Positions 1 to 8,496 of a DNA stretch of 64,000 nucleotides are shown in pieces (position 1 is the first letter of the stretch; each line of letters opens with the position of its first letter). The stretch is taken from contig CBDAFS010000009.1 of assembly GCA_965195285.1 (NCBI GenBank), positions 28,860 to 92,859 of the forward strand, read 5' to 3'. Source of the DNA: an uncultured Aminicenantes bacterium. GTDB taxonomy: Bacteria > Acidobacteriota > Aminicenantia > UBA2199. Made by a program: the position numbers and the translations under genes. The notes below the pieces were generated by a model, which was not told the origin of the DNA, searched no databases, and was given only the letters and a program-made list of their open reading frames with translations.

Positions 1-145
1 GCTGGATAACCGGAAGCTTATTGAAATATTCGTCCAGATCTTTGAGAGAAAATTCCTTCTCTGTAAAACCGAATGCCAGTCGGTTGTTTTCAAAAACATT
101 GAAAAAACGGTTATTCAGTTCTTTTTTTTTGACTTCAAAGGGCAT
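1..145 (-). CDS. 5' part of a CDS running off the window edge (product not assignable)
   Basis: Open frame from ATG at 145 (MPFEVKKKELNNRFFNVFENNRLAFGFTEKEF...) to the window start, preceded by TTGACA-16-TACAAT on the minus strand. Confidence 0.5.
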   Translation of the reverse strand, partial: MPFEVKKKELNNRFFNVFENNRLAFGFTEKEFSLKDLDEYFNKLPVIQ

Positions 146-335
146 GCCTTTTTCATTGTACCCGGGAAAAATCTGTTGTCAAGAAAAGATTCAATTCACT
201 CAGATAGGCGCCTGGAAATATATTGAACTCATGCTTGTGTTTTATTCAAATCTGTCATAAACTAATAAAATGTTGAAGTTTGAGTTGAACGACGGACTTA
301 AATAAAGAGTTGTTGACCACAACAAGGAGTCAACC

Positions 336-1148
336 ATGATTATTGATGATATCAAAATCTCGCAGGCCATCATTGAAAATTATTTTCAAAAATTGTTGCT
401 GGCATTAGAACTTGATGTTGCACTGGTGGGGGCCGGTCCTTCCAATTTGTTATGCGGGACCATTCTGGGGGAATCTGGAGTGAAATCGGCAATTTTTGAA
501 TCAAAACTTTCACCCGGGGGAGGTATGTGGGGCGGGGGAATGATGTTCAATGACATTGTGGTTCAGGAATCCGCCTTACATCTGCTGGATAAGATGGATA
601 TTCGATATAAACCACACGACCAAGGTTATTATGTGGCGGACAGTGTGGAATCAACTTCCACCTTGATATCCAAATGTGTTAAAGCCGGCACCATAATTTT
701 TAATCTGGTAAAAGTTGTGGATGTAATGTTCAGTGAAAGCAGTGAGCTGGATAAAAATGCCCGACATAGCAAACGCATCAATGGTCTGGTCTTAAACTGG
801 TCACCGGTTGAAGCCACTTCTCTGCATGTAGATCCATTAACCATCCGGTCGAAGTTTGTGGTTGACGGTACCGGACACCTGGCCGAGGTGTGTTCGCTCA
901 TTACCCGGAAACTGGGTGAAGAATTGGATACCAAAACCGGTCAGGTGGTTGGCGAAATGTCCATGTGTGCCGATAAAGGGGAAGAACTAACCGTGTCGAA
1001 TTCGGTTGAAATTTTCCCCGGGTTGTATGTGACGGGCATGGCGGCCAATGCATCCAAAGGTGCACCCAGAATGGGGCCGATTTTTGGAGGCATGCTGCTT
1101 TCCGGAGAGAAGGTTGCCCGTGAATTAATCAGTCGATTGAACGAATGA
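336..1148 (+). CDS. thi4: Thiamine thiazole synthase (Thi4 family, His-type/sulfide-dependent)
   Basis: VGAGPS FAD motif, GGGMWGGG, LHVDP, PRMGPIFGGMLLSG; AGGAG RBS. Confidence 0.93.
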   Translation: MIIDDIKISQAIIENYFQKLLLALELDVALVGAGPSNLLCGTILGESGVKSAIFESKLSPGGGMWGGGMMFNDIVVQESALHLLDKMDIRYKPHDQGYYVADSVESTSTLISKCVKAGTIIFNLVKVVDVMFSESSELDKNARHSKRINGLVLNWSPVEATSLHVDPLTIRSKFVVDGTGHLAEVCSLITRKLGEELDTKTGQVVGEMSMCADKGEELTVSNSVEIFPGLYVTGMAANASKGAPRMGPIFGGMLLSGEKVARELISRLNE

Positions 1149-2266
1149 GACCGAAGCGATTTTGTCCTTTCTGCCAGCATATTTTATCAAAAAAAATTAT
1201 TGAAGGCTGCCAGCGGCTTTATTGCCCGCAATGTCAGAGTCCCCTGTATGAGAATCCAACCCCGGCCACTGCTGCGATTTACTTCAATGAAAACCGTGAG
1301 GTCCTGCTGGTGAAGAGAAAGGTAAACCCCAATAAGGGTGACTGGTGTTTGCCTGGCGGTTATGTTGAAATGGAGGAAGCCCCGGAAGCGTGTTGTCTGC
1401 GAGAGTTGAAAGAGGAGACCAATCTGGAGGGTGATATTAAGAAACTGGTGGGAGTCTATCTGAGTGAAAGTCCGGTTTACAAATCGGTATTGGTGATCGG
1501 CTATTGGTTGGCTGAAGTAAGGGGGGAGTTAATGGCGGGTGATGATTCCGAAGCCGTGCGGTTTTATCCGATCGATCAATTGCCAACTATTGCCTTTCGG
1601 AGCCACCGTTCCCTGATAGACGATGTCATGAGATTATCCGGAAATTTCAAATTAAGGCTGGCAGCGCCGGTGGAAAAGTTCCACTTTGGCGCTTATGTGA
1701 TTACCAGTTCAAATCATGTTGAAATGGCAAAAAGAGCCTGTGAGGCCGGAGCCCGCATCATTCAGTATCGGGATAAAGGTTCAGATAAAAGGGCGATTTT
1801 GAAAAAAGCCAAAGTAATCCGGAATATCACCCGGCAAACCAATACCCGATTCATGGTTAATGATCATATTGATATTGCTCGTTTGGCCCGGGCCGATGGC
1901 GTTCATCTGGGACAGGGTGATCTTCCGATTCATGAAGCCAGAATGCTCCTTCCCGATCATTTTATTATTGGCTTTTCCACCCATTCACTGGAACAGGCAC
2001 TCCAGGCCCAGGCTGACGGGGCGGATTATATTGCCATTGGCCCGGTTTTTTCAACTCCTACCAAGGAGGATTATCCGGCTGTGGGATTGGATATGGTTGA
2101 AAAGGTGATTAAAGCTGTTTCCATCCCGGTTGTGGCTATCGGTGGGTTAAATCTTGGAAATGTGGCTGATTTGAAGAAAATCGGAGTTGGAAATGTGGCC
2201 ATGATCAGAGCCTTTCAGCGGAATACCGAAATGATAGTCAAACAGTTAAATAAGCAACTTCTGTGA
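1145..2266 (+). CDS. thiE: Zn-ribbon Nudix hydrolase fused to thiamine-phosphate synthase
   Basis: CPFC/CPQC ribbon and Nudix box GGYVEMEE...RELKEET; C-terminal QYRDK, NDHID, GVHLGQ, STHS, TPTK, VAIGG; ATGA overlap with thi4. Confidence 0.88.
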   Translation: MRPKRFCPFCQHILSKKIIEGCQRLYCPQCQSPLYENPTPATAAIYFNENREVLLVKRKVNPNKGDWCLPGGYVEMEEAPEACCLRELKEETNLEGDIKKLVGVYLSESPVYKSVLVIGYWLAEVRGELMAGDDSEAVRFYPIDQLPTIAFRSHRSLIDDVMRLSGNFKLRLAAPVEKFHFGAYVITSSNHVEMAKRACEAGARIIQYRDKGSDKRAILKKAKVIRNITRQTNTRFMVNDHIDIARLARADGVHLGQGDLPIHEARMLLPDHFIIGFSTHSLEQALQAQADGADYIAIGPVFSTPTKEDYPAVGLDMVEKVIKAVSIPVVAIGGLNLGNVADLKKIGVGNVAMIRAFQRNTEMIVKQLNKQLL

Positions 2267-2302
2267 TTTTCTTCTCTATGACAGTCATGTCAAAAAAAGG
2301 CC

Positions 2303-3040
2303 TTATTTCTTTCCCACTGTCGCAATATAGATAACAACCTGTTTTTCCGTATTACACTTCAGGATTTGGTTCAGGTCATCGTCGGAAAAAGCGGCAATAG
2401 CACAGACTCCGCACTGAATGGCTTCAGCACTCAGGTAGAGATTCTGACAGACATGTCCGGCATCCAGGAACAGGTAACGATATCCCCTCTCACTATAACG
2501 CCAGTTCATTCGGTAGGGGACTGCTGTCCAGATAAAGGTGGCCGCACAGGTTTTAACAAAGGTCTGTCCCAGACAGGCTGCGGTGATTTTATCCGCAATT
2601 TGGAGATCCGAATTAATTTCTATCAGGGTGTGATTAATGGCCAGAAAGCGGTAAAGTCCGGGATTCAATTGTGTGACCTGGTTAATCAGTAAATAGGTTT
2701 CCAGGGCATGGCGGGCACCGGCAGAGGGCACGGTTCGTAAGGTTCCGGATCCCGGATATAGGTGTTTGACCCCCTGAGTACACCAGAGCAGGAAGGACAA
2801 TTCCTCTAGTGTGAGGGGGATTTTTGAATAGTTACGAATACTCTGACGGTTTTCGATAGCACTTTTTATACTGATATCGGATACGGTTTTGGGTTCGGGC
2901 CTGGGGAGATCGATTTTAGGTTGATTAGGATCGCTTTCAATTTCCAAAGGAGGAGATGAGATCCCTTTCATCTGGTCTGAGATACTCAGATTCTGAAATT
3001 TTGTTTTTTCTAAAAACAACTTGCCAATATTTTTTTCCAA
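2303..3040 (-). CDS. SagB/ThcOx-family nitroreductase-like dehydrogenase
   Basis: RQSIRNY, RTVPSAGARHALETY, DAGHVCQNLYL; TTG start with GGAG RBS. Confidence 0.85.
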   Translation of the reverse strand: MEKNIGKLFLEKTKFQNLSISDQMKGISSPPLEIESDPNQPKIDLPRPEPKTVSDISIKSAIENRQSIRNYSKIPLTLEELSFLLWCTQGVKHLYPGSGTLRTVPSAGARHALETYLLINQVTQLNPGLYRFLAINHTLIEINSDLQIADKITAACLGQTFVKTCAATFIWTAVPYRMNWRYSERGYRYLFLDAGHVCQNLYLSAEAIQCGVCAIAAFSDDDLNQILKCNTEKQVVIYIATVGKK

Positions 3041-3052
3041 ATCAAACTCCTT

Positions 3053-3994
3053 TTAGTGGGTTTGGTGGGGACGGTCTTTTGTTTTTTTGATTTTTTCTTT
3101 TAATAGTCTTTGTTTGGTGCTGGAATACAAACTTCCCAGTGATGAAAACTTAATATCACTAAATTCGGGTAACTCTTTGATTTCTCGATACTTCAACCCT
3201 GATTTGTCCCTTAACAATATCAATAGTTCTCCCCTTAATCTTTTTCCCTTATGGCTATTAATATCAATCTCAGAAATTCGGATATTCTTTTTTCTTTCAA
3301 ACTCGTAATATACTTTTTCTATAGACTCAAAATACATGTCATCCTTTCTTTTATTATTTCTTATAGATTCAGTTTTCCTTCGATCATATTTTTCCTCTGC
3401 CTCTTTTATAAACTTTTCTGTTCCCAAGATTCTGCCGAATTTGGTAGGGTAGTCAATCATATTTTTTATGTTGAATTTATTCACAGATTCAATAAAGTTC
3501 CTTTTACTGATAAATAAATTCTCAACAAATTTCATATCCACGAATGATTGATTTACTCTTCTGAAATATAATCTTGCGCTGGACCAAGTGTAATCCAAAA
3601 AATTCGGACTGATACCTGCTTCAACCGGATTTTGTAAAACATATTTTATAGCAGTTAATAAATAGGCTTCATCTTGGATCAAGGTTGATCGAAAACGATC
3701 TTGAAATACATATCCTTTTCCCCCGACTGACTTCCTGTAGTAGATACCATAAGAACTATTGAGTTGCTTCATAAAATCAGATAATTTTCCCGATGCATTC
3801 TCCAAGACCAGATGAAAATGATTATCCATGACACAATAACAAAAAATTCTGATTCTAGATAAGTTCGATTTCTCCGTCAGTAATTGAATATATTTTTGTT
3901 TCATTTCAGCGGAGAGAAATATATTTTCGTTACCCAATCCTTTATTCATTACATGATGGAAGGCACCCACCCAGGTTAATCGTGCATGTCTCAT
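3053..3994 (-). mobile_element. REP-associated tyrosine transposase (RAYT, Y1/HUH, IS200/IS605 superfamily) with C-terminal HTH-like extension
   Basis: HHVMNKG, CVMDNHFHL (HUH), VFQDRF, YVLQNPV (catalytic Tyr), WSS; visibly AT-richer than neighbours. Confidence 0.88.
3066..3095 (+). repeat. 30-bp repeat, copy 1 (left inverted repeat of the RAYT segment)
   Basis: TGGGGACGGTCTTTTGTTTTTTTGATTTTT; 29/30 identical to the reverse complement of 4011-4040. Confidence 0.9.
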
Positions 3995-4010
3995 GTTTAA
4001 ATTATATAAA

Positions 4011-4040
4011 AAAAATCATAAAAACAAAAGACCGTCCCCA
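4011..4040 (-). repeat. 30-bp repeat, copy 2 (right inverted repeat of the RAYT segment)
   Basis: Reverse complement reads TGGGGACGGTCTTTTGTTTTTATGATTTTT. Confidence 0.9.
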
Positions 4041-4117
4041 AAACATTGAGAAAAGTCAATTCTGTGTTGATTTGATTTTGATTGCCCTGCATGCTAACAT
4101 GGATTAGCAGGTGAATT

Positions 4118-4537
4118 ATGGAAAAGGTAAGTCGTTTCGGGGTTTCGTTGGAATCATCACTTCTGAACCAATTTGATCCGTTGTTGAAAAAACTGGGGTA
4201 CAAAAGCCGCTCAGAGGCTATTCGGGATCTGATTCGGGAACGGCTGGTGGCTGAAGAATGGAAAGTAGGTGATTTTAATACCATCGGGGTTCTGAGCCTG
4301 GTCTACAATCATCATATCCGGGAGCTTTCGGAGGCTCTGAACCGCATCCAGCATCGGAATCTGGAACTGATTATTTCCTCGACTCATATTCATGTGGATC
4401 GCCACAATTGTCTGGAGGTCATTATATTGAAAGGGAAGAGTCTTCAGATCAAGAAAATTTCCGATGAATTACTGAGTACCCGTGGAGTCAAGCACGGGAA
4501 ACTCATCATGACCACAACCGGTTCGCAGATCGATTGA
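4118..4537 (+). CDS. nikR: Nickel-responsive transcriptional regulator NikR
   Basis: RFGVSL ribbon, SRSEAIRDLIR, YNHH, HIHVDRHNCLEV, GVKHGKL. Confidence 0.93.
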   Translation: MEKVSRFGVSLESSLLNQFDPLLKKLGYKSRSEAIRDLIRERLVAEEWKVGDFNTIGVLSLVYNHHIRELSEALNRIQHRNLELIISSTHIHVDRHNCLEVIILKGKSLQIKKISDELLSTRGVKHGKLIMTTTGSQID

Positions 4538-4639
4538 AAAGATTGAGTATAGACATTAATGGTTAAATCAATAATCAATCAAGGTTTCGATTAATACCTG
4601 AGGGTTTTGATGTTTTGAAAAAAGCAAAAAAATCCCAAT

Positions 4640-6007
4640 TTATTTAATGAAGATGGTTTTTATATTGACAAATTCTTTAATACCGAAATGAGACAATTCA
4701 CGCCCATAGCCGCTCTGTTTGACCCCTCCGAAAGGCAGCCGGGGATCTGATCGGACAAAGGTATTCAGGAAGCAGCTCCCGGCCTCGATTTCCTGCTCGG
4801 CCAGTTGCCGGCCTCTTTTCAGATTTCGGGTAAAAATGGCTGCGCCCAGCCCGAATTCCGAATCATTGGCAACACGGATGGCTTCTGTTTCATCCTTAAC
4901 TGGAATAATCGCGGCCACCGGTCCGAATAACTCCTCCTCATAAGCGGGCATGCCCGGCTTAACCCCGGTTAAAACAGTTGCCGGATAAAAGGCTCCTTTT
5001 CCTTTCGGGATTTTGCCTCCCAGCAAGCACCTGGCTCCCTTGCTTATACTCTCTTGTACTTGACTGTGAAGTTCATCTCTGAGATCAAAACGGGCCAGCG
5101 GGCCGATCCGCACATCTTCATCAAACGGATTTCCCATCGGATAAGTCTTTATCTGTTCGACAAACAGGATTTCGAATTTTTCCTGAATTTTTTCGGCAAC
5201 GACAAAGCGCTTGGCAGCGATACAGCTCTGGCCGGAATTAATGAAGCGGCTAAACACGCAGTCTTTAACTGTCTCTTCAATATCCGCATCTTCCAAAACA
5301 ATATATGGATCACTTCCTCCCAGTTCCACTACGATTTTCTTGAGCATGGTGCCGGCTTTTCCGGCCACCTCTCTCCCGGCCGGTGTGCTTCCGGTCAGGG
5401 TGACCGCTTGAATGAATGGGTGCTCGATCACTGAACCGACCTGGCTGCTAGTTATCAGCAGGGTTTTGAAAAGATTTTCCGGGAATGCTGCCCGGTTAAA
5501 AACATCCTGGATGGCCAGGGCACATCCCGGAACGTTGGAGGCATGTTTCAATATAGCGGCATTACCCGCCATCAGGGTAGGAGCGGCAAAACGGAAAACC
5601 TGCCAGAAGGGAAAATTCCAAGGCATGACCGCCAGAATGACACCCAGTGGTTGAAAGGAAACAAAGCTCTCTGAGGCATTGGTGGGAATTATTTCCGGTT
5701 TTAAAAAACCTTCAGCATTATCTGCATAGTAATCGCATACCCAGGCGCATTTTTCAACTTCGCCCCGGCCTTCTTTGATTGGCTTTCCCATTTCCAGGGT
5801 CATCAATTCAGCATATTGACTGATGTTTTCCCTCAATATCCGGGCTGCAATTTTCATATGCCGTGATCGCTCTGAAAAGGTGGTACGGCGCCACGATAAA
5901 AAGGCAAAGCGGCTTGCTTCTATGGCCTGCTCAATCTGAGGCTGGTCCAAGAGCGGGTATGATTTTATCTCCTCACCGTTGGCTGGATTGATTGCTATGA
6001 TTTCCAT
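4640..6007 (-). CDS. NAD(P)-dependent succinate-semialdehyde dehydrogenase-like aldehyde dehydrogenase
   Basis: MPWNFPFWQ, TGST, ELGGSDP, GQSCIAAKR, EELFGP, PFGGVKQSGYGRE. Confidence 0.88.
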   Translation of the reverse strand: MEIIAINPANGEEIKSYPLLDQPQIEQAIEASRFAFLSWRRTTFSERSRHMKIAARILRENISQYAELMTLEMGKPIKEGRGEVEKCAWVCDYYADNAEGFLKPEIIPTNASESFVSFQPLGVILAVMPWNFPFWQVFRFAAPTLMAGNAAILKHASNVPGCALAIQDVFNRAAFPENLFKTLLITSSQVGSVIEHPFIQAVTLTGSTPAGREVAGKAGTMLKKIVVELGGSDPYIVLEDADIEETVKDCVFSRFINSGQSCIAAKRFVVAEKIQEKFEILFVEQIKTYPMGNPFDEDVRIGPLARFDLRDELHSQVQESISKGARCLLGGKIPKGKGAFYPATVLTGVKPGMPAYEEELFGPVAAIIPVKDETEAIRVANDSEFGLGAAIFTRNLKRGRQLAEQEIEAGSCFLNTFVRSDPRLPFGGVKQSGYGRELSHFGIKEFVNIKTIFIK

Positions 6008-6073
6008 TTCGATCTCCCCTTATACAAAACCGGTTCTCAGTGGGTTTAATTTCCCGGTATTTGATCATTGAGT

Positions 6074-7750
6074 TTAAAAGAGCATGATTTTTTTTATACG
6101 GTCATACTGGCAGATTTCAGCCAGTAATTCCATGCCGGATATAACCTGGGCAAATACAGTATAGTTGTGATTGAGATGGGGTGTGGCCAAGTGGGTAATA
6201 AAATATTGGCTACCGCCGGTGTCTTTTCCGGCCAGTGCCATACCCACCCTGCCCCCTTGGTCGTATTTGATCTGGTTGTATTCACAGGGAATAGAATATC
6301 CCGGGCCTCCCGAGCCAGTGCCGGAAGGATCCCCGTCCTGGCTCACAAAAGCGGGTATCACCCGGTGAAAATACACCTGGTTAAAAAATTGCTTTTCGAC
6401 CAGTATGATAAAATTAAAACAGGTCATGGGAGCGGCCCGGAGAAAGAATTTACACCGTATAGATCCCTTTTCGGTCTTAATTTCGAACCCCTGGTATTTT
6501 GTAATCCTGCTTAAAAGTGCCTGGTAGAAGATGATGGGGCGCCTGGGCGGAGCCGGTTTAAAATACCCGAAATCCCTGAGCTCCGAGTTGAATTTACCCT
6601 TGGCCCTGGCCATTCTGACAATTTCTTCCTTATCGATACCTTCCTGCTGATAGAGTAAATATTGCAGGGCAAAAGTCGAATCATTTTTTTGAAATATGTC
6701 TTTGGCATATGAGACAGATTTTTCTTTTCCCCATTGGTTTTCCAAAAACATGATCTTGGCTTTATCTGAAAGGCCACTGGACATAACCAGTTTCAAATCC
6801 TGTTTGTTCAGGAATGGTGCAGACACTTCACTGAATAATCCGGTTTTGTCAAAAATATTTTTTATCACGGTCTTATCTTTTGATATCGATGCCAGGATTT
6901 CCGCCTGCATGGGATTCAGTTGATCCGGATTAATTTGCATCGGGTTCCCGTTGTTTTTGAGATAAACCTGGAGGGCGGCTGCTCTAACCAGTTCATGGGG
7001 GTCATCCAGTAATACAGTTGCCGCTGCAACCGAATTGCTGGCCTTTACCGCTGAGATCCTCACCTGCCAGGCCGGGTCCTTTAAAAATACTTCCGGGTGA
7101 TCACAGACCAGACAGCCGTAGTAACGGTTGGTAAGGTCCAGGTTGCTTATTCTCCCGGTTTTGATGATCCCTGTGGTTCGGGATCGATAGATTGAGTAAA
7201 TGGTTGCCCGGGGGTATTTCTCATAGTAGGATTTTAATATGTCCGGGGTCAGATGGTCTTTAGATCTCCACAGGTTGGCAGCGACAGTGGGTTGAAACTC
7301 CTTCAGGGAAAGGGCATGTTGAAAGGCCTCTTGGATATTCAAATAAAGCAGGGTCTCCACCATGACAGCGGAGAGGGAAAAAGTTTTCAGTATTTCCAAG
7401 ACTTTTTCTTTGGGGAATCCGTTTTCCGGATAACGGGCCGCAATGGCCAGAAAATCGGTGACGTTTCGGTTGTGGGCATACCTTTTTGAAAGGATTTGCC
7501 AGGATTTGAAGGAGGGAATTCGGCCGGCAGCATGAGCCATCTGTTCGGCGATTTTCGACATGCCGGTTTTCAACCGTGAAATGAGTTTTACCAGCCGGAT
7601 TTCATCCCGACTGTCTTCTGCTTGTAATAGCTCTGCCAGTATTTTTTTTTCTTGGTTGTTAACCTTTGTTCCCTGGCCCGGGGAAGAAACTCCCAGAAGA
7701 TAAATTGAAAACAGAAATGATACGGTTTGTGTTATTGCTGAATGCATCAC
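6074..7750 (-). CDS. HEAT-repeat protein with C-terminal cyclophilin-type peptidyl-prolyl isomerase
   Basis: FHRVIPAFVSQDGDP, GMALAGKDTGGSQYFITH; HEAT-like DPAWQVR and DPHELVR; hydrophobic N-terminus. Confidence 0.8.
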   Translation of the reverse strand: MMHSAITQTVSFLFSIYLLGVSSPGQGTKVNNQEKKILAELLQAEDSRDEIRLVKLISRLKTGMSKIAEQMAHAAGRIPSFKSWQILSKRYAHNRNVTDFLAIAARYPENGFPKEKVLEILKTFSLSAVMVETLLYLNIQEAFQHALSLKEFQPTVAANLWRSKDHLTPDILKSYYEKYPRATIYSIYRSRTTGIIKTGRISNLDLTNRYYGCLVCDHPEVFLKDPAWQVRISAVKASNSVAAATVLLDDPHELVRAAALQVYLKNNGNPMQINPDQLNPMQAEILASISKDKTVIKNIFDKTGLFSEVSAPFLNKQDLKLVMSSGLSDKAKIMFLENQWGKEKSVSYAKDIFQKNDSTFALQYLLYQQEGIDKEEIVRMARAKGKFNSELRDFGYFKPAPPRRPIIFYQALLSRITKYQGFEIKTEKGSIRCKFFLRAAPMTCFNFIILVEKQFFNQVYFHRVIPAFVSQDGDPSGTGSGGPGYSIPCEYNQIKYDQGGRVGMALAGKDTGGSQYFITHLATPHLNHNYTVFAQVISGMELLAEICQYDRIKKIMLF

Positions 7751-8493
7751 TCTTTTTCTTTTATGATGACTTTTATTTTGTCCTTCAGCAAAGCTTTGAA
7801 CTCTCTGGCGTCCTGGTTCTGGCCTTCATACAAACCATAATGAATGGGTATGGCCACTTTGGCTTTGACATCGATGGCTGCTTCGGCCGCTTCTTTGATA
7901 CTGTTCATGGTATAGGTCTGGCCCAGCGGCAACAGGGCAATATCGCATTCTAAACCTTTCATCTCCGGAATTCTTTCCGTATCCCCGGCGTGATAAATTT
8001 TGATCCCGTTAAGGGTCAGAACATATCCCACCCATTGGTTTTCTTTGGGATGAAAATTGGTTTTTATGATATTGTATGCTGGAACTGCCTCAATCAGGAT
8101 ACCTCCTACTTGCGTTTTAAACCCCGGTTCTGAAGTGATGGTTTTTTCTTTTGGGATATTTTTTATTTTAGCCAAGCAATCTTCGGGAGCTATGATAATG
8201 GTATTTGAACTGGAAATTTTCGAAATATCTCCGGGAGAGAGATGATCGCTGTGGCTATGGGTGATCAGGATGATATCCGCCTGATCGGTTTTTTTTATTT
8301 GGAAAGGGTCAATATAGATGGTTTTGCCGGGAACACTGATTTTTACGGTGGCCTGGCCGAGCCAGTGAATGTTATTTGCCATATCCATGAGTTTGCTCTC
8401 CTCTGAATGAATTTCCGGCGCCATATAGAGGAATACCAGTCCTGTGATCAAGATGATATAAAGCATATGTTGTTTCAATATCAACCTCTTCAT
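7747..8493 (-). CDS. Metallo-beta-lactamase-fold hydrolase with signal peptide
   Basis: THSHSDH, YHAGDT, IPIHYG; N-terminal hydrophobic stretch. Confidence 0.85.
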   Translation of the reverse strand: MKRLILKQHMLYIILITGLVFLYMAPEIHSEESKLMDMANNIHWLGQATVKISVPGKTIYIDPFQIKKTDQADIILITHSHSDHLSPGDISKISSSNTIIIAPEDCLAKIKNIPKEKTITSEPGFKTQVGGILIEAVPAYNIIKTNFHPKENQWVGYVLTLNGIKIYHAGDTERIPEMKGLECDIALLPLGQTYTMNSIKEAAEAAIDVKAKVAIPIHYGLYEGQNQDAREFKALLKDKIKVIIKEKE

Positions 8494-8496
8494 TGG

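Noticed and set aside
146-335. TPP riboswitch upstream of thi4
   Set aside because: No recognisable GCTGAGA or ACCTG core motifs; the region looks like AT-rich divergent promoter DNA.
3997-4284. Minus-strand 95-aa ORF spanning the repeat and nikR
   Set aside because: Antisense shadow of nikR with no motifs or RBS.
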